64,000 nt of DNA from Planctomycetota bacterium. GTDB taxonomy: Bacteria > Planctomycetota > Phycisphaerae > Phycisphaerales > SM1A02. Positions 37,803 through 46,696 of the stretch are shown here, in pieces. The stretch spans positions 546 through 64,545 of the forward strand of contig JAXHTH010000210.1 in the NCBI GenBank assembly GCA_034211115.1. The letters run 5' to 3'. A program made the translations under genes and the position numbers. Within the stretch, counting starts at the first letter, position 1. Each line of letters begins with the position of its first letter. The notes beneath the pieces are model-generated. The model saw only the letters and a program-made list of their open reading frames with translations, ran no database searches and was not told the origin of the DNA.

Positions 37803-38502
37803 TTGCAGTGATTGCGCCAGAGTATAGGCCCGCCGCGGATCCTGTCGAGCCGGGCCGTTCCGGGGCGGGTGTCCGGATGCATCGGCCGCCGGCGGGTCGT
37901 CGTTGAGCGGACGGGAGGCAAAAACGTGCCGATGCGTAAGCCATTGCCAGACCGGCGGTTGCGGCTTCCCGCCCGCCCGCCTCGCCCGTGATCGGCCACC
38001 TGCCGCTGGACGCGAGGCGTTTCCGTGGCATTATTGAAGTACAACCGAGGAGGGCGGATGGTCGTCGGCGCGTCGCGCCGGCCTGTGGCGTGGGGAGGTC
38101 CTGCCCGATGCACTGTCCCTGTACCGCGATACTTCAATTGCGCCGGCCCGATCCATCCCTGGCGCGCGGTGCTCTGCCCCTGCTCTTCCGGCCCCATCGC
38201 GGCGTGGGAAACGTCGAATTCAAGCCCGACGATTCGCTCGTCACCGTCTGCTTCGACGGCCGGTTGACGGATCTGGCGGAGATCGTCCGCGCGATCGAGG
38301 ACGGGGGCTCGGTGGTGGCCAGCGTCGCCCAGCGCCGGGTCGCGCCGATCCACGCCCCGGCCGGGCCTCGACCAACTGAGGCGGCTTGCGGGTCAGCCGG
38401 CGCGGCGTCCTGACCGCGCTCGCCCGGCTCCCTGCCCGGCCTTCCGTCCCCTCGCCGCCCTCTCATCCGCGGCGACCGCGGCCGCGTCTATGATCCTCGA
38501 TC

Positions 38503-39189
38503 ATGGATGAGCGGACGCTCCGCATCAGCGAGGTCTTCCATTCGATCCAGGGCGAATCGACCCGGGCCGGCGAGCCGTGCGTCTTCATCCGCCTTGCGGG
38601 CTGTCATCTTCGCTGCACCTACTGCGACACGGAGTACGCCTTCCGCGAGGGCGGGCGTCGAACCGTCGCTGAGCTCGTCGATGAAGTCCTCTCGTATCCG
38701 ACAAGGCTGGTGGAGATCACGGGCGGCGAGCCGCTGCTGCAGGAGCCGGTGCACGAGCTGACCCGCCGGCTGTGTGATGCCGGAAAGACCGTTCTCATCG
38801 AGACCTCCGGGGCCTGCGACATCAGCGCCTGCGACGAGCGGGCCATCCGGATCATGGATCTGAAGACCCCCGGAAGCGGCGAGGAGGGCCGGAACAACCT
38901 GGACAATCTTCGGCATATCACGCCGCGCGACGAGGTGAAGTTCGTCATCACCGACCGGGCCGACTACGAGTGGGCGAAGTCGATGATGGAGCGGCATCGA
39001 TTGACGGGGCGCTGCGCGGCGGTGCTGTTCTCGCCCGTGTTCGAGCAGGCGGCGGGGCACGAGGTGGCGGGGAAGGCCAGCCTGCCCCCCCCCGAGCTGG
39101 CGGCGTGGATCCTCGCCGACGGACTCGACGTGCGCCTCCAGCTCCAGCTTCACAAGTTCATCTGGGACCCCGGCCGGCGGGGGGTCTGA
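38503..39189 (+). CDS. queE: 7-carboxy-7-deazaguanine synthase (radical SAM)
   Basis: EVFHSIQGESTRAGEPCVFIRLAGCHLRCTYCDTEYAF (CX3CX2C cluster motif), ITGGEPLLQ, and C-terminal LQLQLHKFIW. Confidence 0.9.
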   Translation: MDERTLRISEVFHSIQGESTRAGEPCVFIRLAGCHLRCTYCDTEYAFREGGRRTVAELVDEVLSYPTRLVEITGGEPLLQEPVHELTRRLCDAGKTVLIETSGACDISACDERAIRIMDLKTPGSGEEGRNNLDNLRHITPRDEVKFVITDRADYEWAKSMMERHRLTGRCAAVLFSPVFEQAAGHEVAGKASLPPPELAAWILADGLDVRLQLQLHKFIWDPGRRGV

Positions 39190-39269
39190 GCCGCGGCCGG
39201 GTTGGGCGGCCGCCGCGCGTCGGCGCCCCGCCTCGCGGTCCGCTCCCCGATGCCTATGATGTGCCTCCC

Positions 39270-39632
39270 ATGCACGTCCAGCTTGTCAAGACGTTCGGTT
39301 TCGAGGCGGCCCATCACCTGCCCTCCTTCCCGGAGGGGCACAAGTGCCGGCGGCTGCACGGCCACTCCTACTCGGTCGACGTCGTCGTCGAGGGCGAGGT
39401 CCCCGAGGGGCAGAACCATCTCATCGACTACGCCGACATCAAGGCCGCCTTCGAGCCCCTCCGCAAGAAGCTCGATCACGCCTATCTCAACGACATCGAG
39501 GGGCTGGAGGATCCCACCGCGGAAGTGATCGCGGCGTGGATCTGGGACCAGCTCATCGCACGCCTGCCTCTGCTCACGGAGATCCGCCTGCACGAGACGT
39601 GCAACAACGCCTGCATCTATCGCGGGCCGTGA
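39270..39632 (+). CDS. queD: 6-carboxy-5,6,7,8-tetrahydropterin synthase
   Basis: FGFEAAHHLPSFPEGHKCRRLHGHSYSVDVVVEGE...LDHAYLNDI..L.DPTAEVIAAWIW...RLHET (PTPS/QueD zinc and catalytic motifs). Start is the ATG at 39270, inside a longer spurious ORF. Confidence 0.9.
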   Translation: MHVQLVKTFGFEAAHHLPSFPEGHKCRRLHGHSYSVDVVVEGEVPEGQNHLIDYADIKAAFEPLRKKLDHAYLNDIEGLEDPTAEVIAAWIWDQLIARLPLLTEIRLHETCNNACIYRGP

Positions 39633-39734
39633 TCGGCGATCGCCTCCGCCCGCCGGCTTGTCCGGGGCCGGCCGATCGTCTCAAATACGGCATTCCGATC
39701 CGGCCCGAAGCGCACGCCGCGAGGGTGAAGAACC

Positions 39735-40289
39735 ATGCCCGCCCCGAACCTCGATCATCCCACGCTTGCCCGGGTCAAGGCGGCCTTCTCGGAAGTGAAG
39801 CTGCTCGCCACGGAGTTCCGCGGCCAGACGACGCTCATCGTCCCGCCCGAGCACCTGCACAAGATCATGCGCTTCCTCCGCGAGGACACCGACTGCGATT
39901 ACGACTTCCTCAGCGATGTCACCGCGGCGGATTACCTGGACTACCCCGCGTCCATGCCCGGGCGGTTCGCGGTGATCTATCTGCTTGCGAGCTATTCGCA
40001 CGGCCGGCGGCTGACGGTGAAGACCTTCCTCGATCCGAGCCTGGACACGTCGGGCAACGAGCCGGATCCGGCCCTGGAGGTGGATTCGATCACCGACATC
40101 TGGCCCGGGGCCGAGTGGCGCGAGCGGGAGGTGTACGACCTGTTCGGCATCCGCTTCCGCAATCACCCCGACCTGCGTCGGATTCTGCTCTGGAACGGCT
40201 ACCCGGCCCACCCGCTTCGCAAGGATTACCCCCTCCGCGGCCGCGGCGAGCGCGAGAACTACCGCATCCTCGACCGCGAGTCGCGGTGA
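39735..40289 (+). CDS. nuoC: NADH-quinone oxidoreductase subunit C
   Basis: FLSDVTAADYL...RFAVIYLLAS...ITDIWPGAEWREREVYDLFGIRFRNHPDLRRILL...HPLRKDYPL is the NuoC/30-kDa subunit signature. Confidence 0.85.
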   Translation: MPAPNLDHPTLARVKAAFSEVKLLATEFRGQTTLIVPPEHLHKIMRFLREDTDCDYDFLSDVTAADYLDYPASMPGRFAVIYLLASYSHGRRLTVKTFLDPSLDTSGNEPDPALEVDSITDIWPGAEWREREVYDLFGIRFRNHPDLRRILLWNGYPAHPLRKDYPLRGRGERENYRILDRESR

Positions 40290-40350
40290 CGGCGCCGGTG
40301 TGAACAGGCGTAAACACGGACGGCTCCGGTTTTCTACCGGGTCTCAAGAG

Positions 40351-40433
40351 CCGCGGATGGATATCCGCGGTCGAGCGCTTCGACAGCGCGCCGGACGGGA
40401 TCATGCGCGCACGGCGCGGAGCGCCGTGCCACC
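40351..40433. repeat. composite palindromic repeat locus 3
   Basis: Hairpin CCGCGGAT-GGAT-ATCCGCGG at 40351-40370, then one unit GCGCACGGCGCGGAGCGCCGTGCCACC at 40407-40433. It lies between convergent nuoC and peroxiredoxin. Confidence 0.7.
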
Positions 40434-40456
40434 GCTTCCCGCCGTGGGGGTCTGCT

Positions 40457-40984
40457 TCACCCGGCCAGGGCGGCCTTGATCGCCTCGAAGTCCGGCAGCT
40501 TTGACGGATCGTCGGACACCCAGTCGTAGATCACGGTCCCCGAGCCGTCGATGACGAACGCGGCGCGCTTGGCGACGCCCTTCAGACCCATCAGTTCATC
40601 GTGCAGCGCGCCGTATTGCGCCGACACGTCCCTGTTGAAATCGGAAAGGATCGGGAAGGGGATGTCCATCTCGGCGCGGAACCGATCGGTGACGAACGGG
40701 CTGTCCACGCTGATGCCGAACACCTTCGCGTCCAGCGTCTTCCACTCGTCCCACGAATCGCGGAGGCCGCACATCTCGTCCGTGCAGACGGGGCTGTAGG
40801 CCAGGGGGAAGAAGAGCAGGACCAGCTTGTCTTTGCCGAGATACTCCCCGATGTCGACCGTCTCGCCGGGCCTGGCGGGGAGGGTGAATCCGATTGCGTT
40901 GTCGCCTTTGCGGATGGACACGGGGTCTTCTCCGGGGAGGTTGGAATGAGGGGCAAGGATAGGTCGGCGGGGGAGGATCGTCAT
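40457..40984 (-). CDS. peroxiredoxin (AhpC/TSA, redoxin family)
   Basis: KLVLLFFPLAYSPVCTDEMC (peroxidatic Cys context), VFGISVDSPF and RAAFVIDGSGTV. Start is the ATG at 40984. Confidence 0.85.
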   Translation of the reverse strand: MTILPRRPILAPHSNLPGEDPVSIRKGDNAIGFTLPARPGETVDIGEYLGKDKLVLLFFPLAYSPVCTDEMCGLRDSWDEWKTLDAKVFGISVDSPFVTDRFRAEMDIPFPILSDFNRDVSAQYGALHDELMGLKGVAKRAAFVIDGSGTVIYDWVSDDPSKLPDFEAIKAALAG

Positions 40985-41057
40985 CCCGGCGTCGGGCCTC
41001 AATGACGAAACCGGGGTCAAAGAATCCGGCTCGGCTGCTCACACGGGGCGCCTCCGC

Positions 41058-44000
41058 TCACGGCGCGCCGGCGCCCGCGCCGCGGGTGATCGTGATGCGA
41101 TCCTCGCCCATGTTCCAGAGGACGTGCTCGGCGTGATAGGGACGCATCGCGCCCTGGGTAAGGATCGACACCGTCCTCCCGGGGGCCGCGGTGAGGGTGG
41201 CCAGGCCGGTGGCGGTGTTGTAGTCGAACTCGTCGCAGGCGACGTCGCGCTCGGCGGTGCGGATGTACAGGCTGCCGTGGCCGAAGAGGCGCTGCACCTC
41301 CATGCGGCCGCCGAAGTTGAGCGAGCCGGCCTCCTGCTCGGCCCGCGCGGGCGCGCCGGCGGAGTGACGGAGGACGCCGGCGATGAGCCTCTGGCCGGTC
41401 AGCGTCGTCGTGCGGCCGCCGAGATTCTCGTGCAGGCACTCGACGTTCCCGCTCATCTCGATGTTGAACCGGTCATCGACCTCCCGGGTCATCTGAAGCT
41501 GTTCCTGCCAGCGGAAGAGGGTCGTTCCCTTCGTGGCGAAGGCATCGTCGGGCGAGGGCCGGTCGGACGGCTCGTCCGCCGCGGCGTCTTCCGCTCGGAG
41601 ATCGCGGATGAGCAGCTCGCCGGCGCCGACGACCTGTGCTTCCAGCGTCTGCTGGTTGTAGTCGATGTGCTGTCCGCCGATGTAGAAGACGCGGGGACGA
41701 TCGGAATGATCCTCCGTCAGCCAGGAGCGGTTCTCGAGCCGCGCTTCGCCGCGGGCAAGGAGGCGTTCCAGTTCCCGGTCACCTTCGCCGTCGGTCGGGC
41801 CGGTGAACTGGAGGGTGAGGATGCGGGCGACGGCGGTGTTGAGCTCCCGGGGGCTGGGGCGCGACTCGACGTCGACATCGCCGCGCAGCTCCAGGGCACC
41901 GCCGCCCTCGGGCTCCTGCTGATACATCGCCGAGCCGGTCCACCGCGCCTCAATGGATCGATCGCCGGCCGGGGTCGGCGGCTCGATGCGGCCGTCCACG
42001 TCCGCCCGGGGAATGGGCTCGCTGAAAGCGAGGAACCGTCCCGGTCCCTGCACCTCGTACGCCCCGCTCTGCCGCTCGAGAAGCACGTGCGTGCACCGAT
42101 CGAGGATGAACTCATCGGAGACGATGAGGACGCGCTCGCCGAACAGCTCGGCCGTCTCATCGGCGGCCTGCGCGATGAGCCGGTCGGCGAAGACGCGTTC
42201 GCCGCCGGCGGGCCGCACCTGCACGTCGCCCTCGGCCTCGATGGTGTCGACGGCGACGCGTGCGTCGGCGAACTCGCCGGCCCGCGGCGCCGGTCGATCC
42301 GACCCGGCCGTTTCTTCATCCGTCATTTCGGTGAAGGTGACGATGAGGGACTCGGCCCACATCCTCTGATTCGCATCGGCGATGCGCACGCCGCCCTCGG
42401 CGTCCATCCGCCGGGGCAGGGCCTGCCCGGCCGCGCCCTCTGTGAGATCGACTCGCAGCCGGTCGCAACTGATTTCACCTTCCTCGCCGACGCTGTGGGC
42501 GCGGACGGAGCCGATCGCCTCGATCGCCTCGATCGAGGATGAGCCGGCTTCAGCTTCGGTGAAGCGCAGGCGCATCTCCTCGGCGTGGGTGAGTTTCATC
42601 TCGGGGCTGACGACCTGGACGTTGCCACGGAAGGCGGCGATGCTCGGGCCGTCGGCGCTCGCCTCACCGGCTTCCGTCTTCTTCTCCGGGGCGACGACGA
42701 CGCCGTCGCGCCAGGTGATGCGCAGCTCTTCCGACCGATCGGGCACGTGATCGAGCAGCGCCGCCTCGCGCCGGCCATCGGAAGCCGCAAACACCGGCCG
42801 ATCGAAGCGGCGGAAGCGGCCCTTTCCTTCCAGCACGTACCGCCGGGCCGGTTCGTCGATCGTGATGCGGCGGGCGCGATCGATGACGTTCTCCCCGTCC
42901 ACGAGCCGCACATCGTCGCCTTCGAGGACGGCGCTGCGCCGCCCGCCGTCGATCTGGAGCAGATCGGCGAAGACGCGCTGCCCGTCGACGAGGCCCAACT
43001 GCACCGCGCCTTCGGCGGTAAGATGATCCAGGTCCGCGGACTGTCCGGCCGCGCCGGCGACCGCGCCTTCGCCAGCCGATGCGGGCGGATTGAAGTACGC
43101 ATCCAGCGATTGCGCCCACAGCGACTGCTCGTCGTCGGTGACCGCGACATCACCGAGGGCGAGGACGCGTCGGGCGTAGATCTCCTCATCGCGGCCGGGT
43201 AGGAACTCGACGACGAGCTCGCCGCAGTCGAGGCGGCCGGTTCGATCGCCGCCCGCCGGGCGATCCGTCCCGCCCCGGCCGGCGAGGTCGGACAGCGACA
43301 GATCGCGGCTGCGGGCGGCGACGGCGCCGTGGAAACGGGCGCGGCGGAGGGCGCGGAACATCCCGCCGCGTGACGCTTCATCGAAATCCAGATCGACGCG
43401 ATCGCGCCAGGCGATGTCGGTCGGCGCGGCCTCCGCCGTCACCTCGCCCCGCTCGTCGGACTCCGGCTGGACGAGCGCGGCACGCCCCGCGCCGATGAAG
43501 CCGCCGGTCTGGTCGCTTTCCGTCAGCCAGAACCGCTCGGCGGTCGCCTGCAGCTCCGGGCCGTGAATGTGCAGTCCGTGGCGATCAGAGGAGATCAGCT
43601 CGACCCGCCCGGCGGGGAGGTGATACTGCAGCAGGGCGCAGGTCGCCTCCGGCCCGGCGCTGTCGCTGATGCGCACCGGATCGCCGACGAGATCGAGCCG
43701 CGCACGCCGCGGCGAACTCAACCGCTCATCCGGATTCGTGATCGGGTCCATCGTGAGCCCGCCGGTGCAGGTGATGATCGTGTCATCCTCCCGCCGCGGG
43801 GGGGCGAGCGTGAGCGGCGAGGACTGGAACGAGGTGAGCGCAGCGCCGGCGAGCATCGCCTCGATCGTGCCCGGGCCGGCCGGCGCCGGCCGTTCCCCGC
43901 GCGCCGGCTTCGGTGTCTTCGGCGGCGATGAGGACGATCGGCCGGCGATCATCACCCCCAGCCCCTCGCTCTCCATCGTGAACACGATCGACAGCGAATC

Positions 44001-45011
44001 GCCGGTGATGCGCCGCTCCTCCGGCGCGCGGCCCTGTACGATCTCGACCTCGTCGTGCAGCGTGAGACGATAGAAGCGGATATCGGCGGGCGCGGCGGCC
44101 TCCTCGCCGGCGGGACGATCGTCTTTGGCGTCCGCACCCGCACCCGCGCGCGGCGGGCGAGAAGGGGGGCGGCGGTCGCCGTCGGCATCTTCCGCATCCG
44201 GCGCGGGCGCCCGTCGCCCCGCCGGGGGTGCGGGCTCCGTCTGCCTGTCGTCGTCGGATCGCGGCGCCGCGAGCCGGATGAACTGAAGCGCCTCGACCCG
44301 CGCGTGCTCGATCGTGTTCTCCCGGTCGTTGATGAGCAGCTTCAGCCCGCGGCCGCGGAACTCGCCCGTCGTCATCTCCACGTGAATCTCGTCATCGCAG
44401 CGCACTTCGCCGAGGATGTTGTCGAAGCTCGCCTCGGCCGTGCGGAGCAGCAGGGACGGCTCGTCGCGGGCCGGGTCCAGCACCGCCCCGGCGATCTGGT
44501 CGTAGCGATGAATGACCACGTTGCCCGTGAGCGTGCCGGACTCGATCGCCTGGCTGGGCGCGTAGGTCAGGGCGGTGTCGCCGCGGAGCGTGACCACCGC
44601 CCCGTCCCTGGCATAGATCTCGAGCATCGGCTCGGTCATGCGGAACCAGCCGTCGCCCATCCCCGCGGGATTGGGATCCAGATGCGCGAAGCGGTACTGC
44701 TGGGCAAGCTCGCCTTCCTCGTCGGCGACCTGAATCCAGCCGCCGGAGAGCGATCCGAGTTCCGCCACCCCGGGCTCGGACGCGCGGTCGAGCCGCTGCT
44801 CCTCCTCGGTGAGCCCGCCGGGGGTGACGAGCTCGCCCGTTTCCGCGGGCCTCTCTTCCCCCGCCCCGGCCGGCTGGCTGCGATCGAGGTTCATCACCAC
44901 CAGCAGAAGCAGGAGGGCGAGGATCACCCCGCATCCGGCGAGCAGAATCGTCTTCCGGGCGCTTCGCTTCACCGGCGGAGGCGCGTGATCGTGTGAGGGT
45001 TCACCGGCCAT
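41058..45011 (-). CDS. giant membrane-anchored protein with repeated OstA/LptC/LptA-like modules (function inferred)
   Basis: The 1317-aa ORF has consistent GC3 and an N-terminal TM segment (TILLAGCGVILALLLLLVV). It carries recurring LptA/LptC-style strand motifs, e.g. MTEPMLEIYARDGAVVTLRGDTALTYAPS..GTLTGNVVIH, AEGAVQLGLVDGQRVFADLLQIDGG..AVLEGDDVRLV, IEAEGDVQVRPAGGERVFADRLI and ACDEFDYNTATGLATLTAAPGRTVSIL. The CDS call is solid; the Lpt-like assignment is tentative. Confidence 0.6.
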   Translation of the reverse strand: MAGEPSHDHAPPPVKRSARKTILLAGCGVILALLLLLVVMNLDRSQPAGAGEERPAETGELVTPGGLTEEEQRLDRASEPGVAELGSLSGGWIQVADEEGELAQQYRFAHLDPNPAGMGDGWFRMTEPMLEIYARDGAVVTLRGDTALTYAPSQAIESGTLTGNVVIHRYDQIAGAVLDPARDEPSLLLRTAEASFDNILGEVRCDDEIHVEMTTGEFRGRGLKLLINDRENTIEHARVEALQFIRLAAPRSDDDRQTEPAPPAGRRAPAPDAEDADGDRRPPSRPPRAGAGADAKDDRPAGEEAAAPADIRFYRLTLHDEVEIVQGRAPEERRITGDSLSIVFTMESEGLGVMIAGRSSSSPPKTPKPARGERPAPAGPGTIEAMLAGAALTSFQSSPLTLAPPRREDDTIITCTGGLTMDPITNPDERLSSPRRARLDLVGDPVRISDSAGPEATCALLQYHLPAGRVELISSDRHGLHIHGPELQATAERFWLTESDQTGGFIGAGRAALVQPESDERGEVTAEAAPTDIAWRDRVDLDFDEASRGGMFRALRRARFHGAVAARSRDLSLSDLAGRGGTDRPAGGDRTGRLDCGELVVEFLPGRDEEIYARRVLALGDVAVTDDEQSLWAQSLDAYFNPPASAGEGAVAGAAGQSADLDHLTAEGAVQLGLVDGQRVFADLLQIDGGRRSAVLEGDDVRLVDGENVIDRARRITIDEPARRYVLEGKGRFRRFDRPVFAASDGRREAALLDHVPDRSEELRITWRDGVVVAPEKKTEAGEASADGPSIAAFRGNVQVVSPEMKLTHAEEMRLRFTEAEAGSSSIEAIEAIGSVRAHSVGEEGEISCDRLRVDLTEGAAGQALPRRMDAEGGVRIADANQRMWAESLIVTFTEMTDEETAGSDRPAPRAGEFADARVAVDTIEAEGDVQVRPAGGERVFADRLIAQAADETAELFGERVLIVSDEFILDRCTHVLLERQSGAYEVQGPGRFLAFSEPIPRADVDGRIEPPTPAGDRSIEARWTGSAMYQQEPEGGGALELRGDVDVESRPSPRELNTAVARILTLQFTGPTDGEGDRELERLLARGEARLENRSWLTEDHSDRPRVFYIGGQHIDYNQQTLEAQVVGAGELLIRDLRAEDAAADEPSDRPSPDDAFATKGTTLFRWQEQLQMTREVDDRFNIEMSGNVECLHENLGGRTTTLTGQRLIAGVLRHSAGAPARAEQEAGSLNFGGRMEVQRLFGHGSLYIRTAERDVACDEFDYNTATGLATLTAAPGRTVSILTQGAMRPYHAEHVLWNMGEDRITITRGAGAGAP

Positions 45012-45035
45012 GGCGTCGTCGTGTTCTCTTGATCA

Positions 45036-46696
45036 TTGACTCGTCCACCTGATCCGCATCAGCGTGTTGATCGGGTAGGGTATGCCATATCATCGGGGTT
45101 CGCGTGAGAATATGGCACGGCGTCGGTGGCGAGCGGTGGGATTGCCCGATGAGGGATGATCGCCGGCCGGGGCGTCGCGCGGCCGGGACGTCGCGCCGGC
45201 GGGGTCCGCCCGTCGGAGTTGTCTCATCGCGGGCGGCGGCTCGTTATTGAATAATTCACTTAATCGACGAGGCTGTGCCGATCGGGCAGGGGATGCCGGA
45301 CGGCGATTCGGAGGAGCGTGCGGAACGGCATCAGAGGCGTGCGATGGGGTTGCCCGATCAGGGCTGGCTGCCGGCCGGGGCGGCGCGTTGGCCCGGTCCG
45401 CCTGCGGCGGCCATCTGGCCGCGGCCGAGGGTCGGCCATTGAATAGTTCACTTAATCAACGAGGGTGTGCCGATCGGGCAGCGCATGCCGAACGGCGATT
45501 CGCGGGGGCGTGCGGAACGGCATCAGAGGCGGGCGATGGGGTTGGTCGATGAGGGCTGGCCGTCGGCCGGGACGTCGCGCTGGCCCGGTCCGCCCGCTGC
45601 GGCCATCTCGCTGCGGACGAAGATCGTCCATTGAATGGTTCACTTAATCGACGAAGGTGTGCCGATCGGGCAGCGCATGCCGGACGGCGATTCGCGGGGG
45701 CGTGCGGAACGGCATCAGAGGCGGGCGATGGGGTTGCGCGATGAGGGCTGGCCGCCGGCCGGGGCGGCGCGCCGGCCGGGCGTGCCCGCTGCGGCCATCT
45801 GGCCGCGGCCGAGGGTCGGCCATTGAATAGTCCACTCAATCAACGAGGCTGTGCCGATCGGGCAGGGGATGCCGGACGGCGATTCGCGGGGGCGTGCGGA
45901 ACGGCATCAGAGGCGCGCGATGAGGGCTGGCCGCCGGCCGGGGTGTTGCGCCGGCCGGGTGTGATACGCCCGCCGTCTGCCGCGGACGAGGCTCGTCCAT
46001 CGAATTGTTCACTTAATGGACGAGGCTGTGCCGATCGAATCGGGTATGCCGGACGGCGATTCGCGGGGGCGTGCGGAACGGCATCAGAGGCGTGCGATGG
46101 GGTTGCGCGATGAGGGCTGGCCGCCGGCCGGGGCGGCGCGTTGGCCCGGTCCGCCTGCGGCGGCCATCTGGCCGCGGACGAGGGTCGTCCATTGAATGGT
46201 TCACTTAATGGACGAGGCTGTACCGATCGAATCGGGTATGCCGGACGGCGATTCAAGGGTCCCTGCGGAACGGTATCGGTGGTGAGCGGCGGAGTTGCTC
46301 GATGAGAGCTGGCCGCCGGCCGGGGCGGCGCGCCGGCCGGGCGTGCCCGCTGCGGCCATCTGGCCGCGGACGAAGATCGTCTATTGAATGGTTCACTTAA
46401 TCGGCGAGGGTGTGCCGATCGGGCAGGGTATGCCGGACGGCGATTCGGGGGAGTGTGTGGGACGGTATCGGAGGCGTGCGATGGGGTTGGTCGATGAGGG
46501 CTGGCCGCCGGCCGGGTGTGCCCGCCGGGGCCGTCAGGTCGCGGGAAAGGACCGGCCATTGAATGCTCCACTTAATCAACGGGGATCCGTCCGTCGGCGT
46601 TGTCCCATCGCGGGCGAGGGCCGGCTATTGAATAGTTCACTTAATCAGCCACGGTGCGCGCGCTGCGGCCGTCTGGCCGCGGGTGGAGATCGGCCA
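45036..46696. repeat. head-to-tail array of IS630-like left-end units (period 192 bp)
   Basis: TTGAAT(A/G)GTTCACTTAAT recurs at 45247, 45439, 45631, 45823, 46000 (TCGAAT), 46192, 46384, 46559 and 46628, with a degenerate copy near 45036. Five spacings are exactly 192 bp. See findings. Confidence 0.9.

Noticed and set aside
38414-38502. preQ1 riboswitch upstream of queE/queD
   Set aside because: There is no preQ1-I/II-like hairpin with an A-rich tail (AGAGGTTC...AAAAAACTA type) in the 89-bp leader. The leader is GC-rich and unstructured by eye.
45260-45835. Back-to-back 63-aa ORFs (MNHSMDDLRPQRDGRSGRTGPARRPGRRPALIDQPHRPPLMPF...) in the 192-bp array as a tandem small-protein gene family
   Set aside because: The ORF boundaries are set simply by the AT-rich TIR, which is the only source of ATG and stop codons, recurring every 64 codons. 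The peptides are Arg/Pro-rich, as expected for non-coding frames of GC-rich DNA, and no RBS is evident. I treat them as a by-product of the repeat unless expression data say otherwise.
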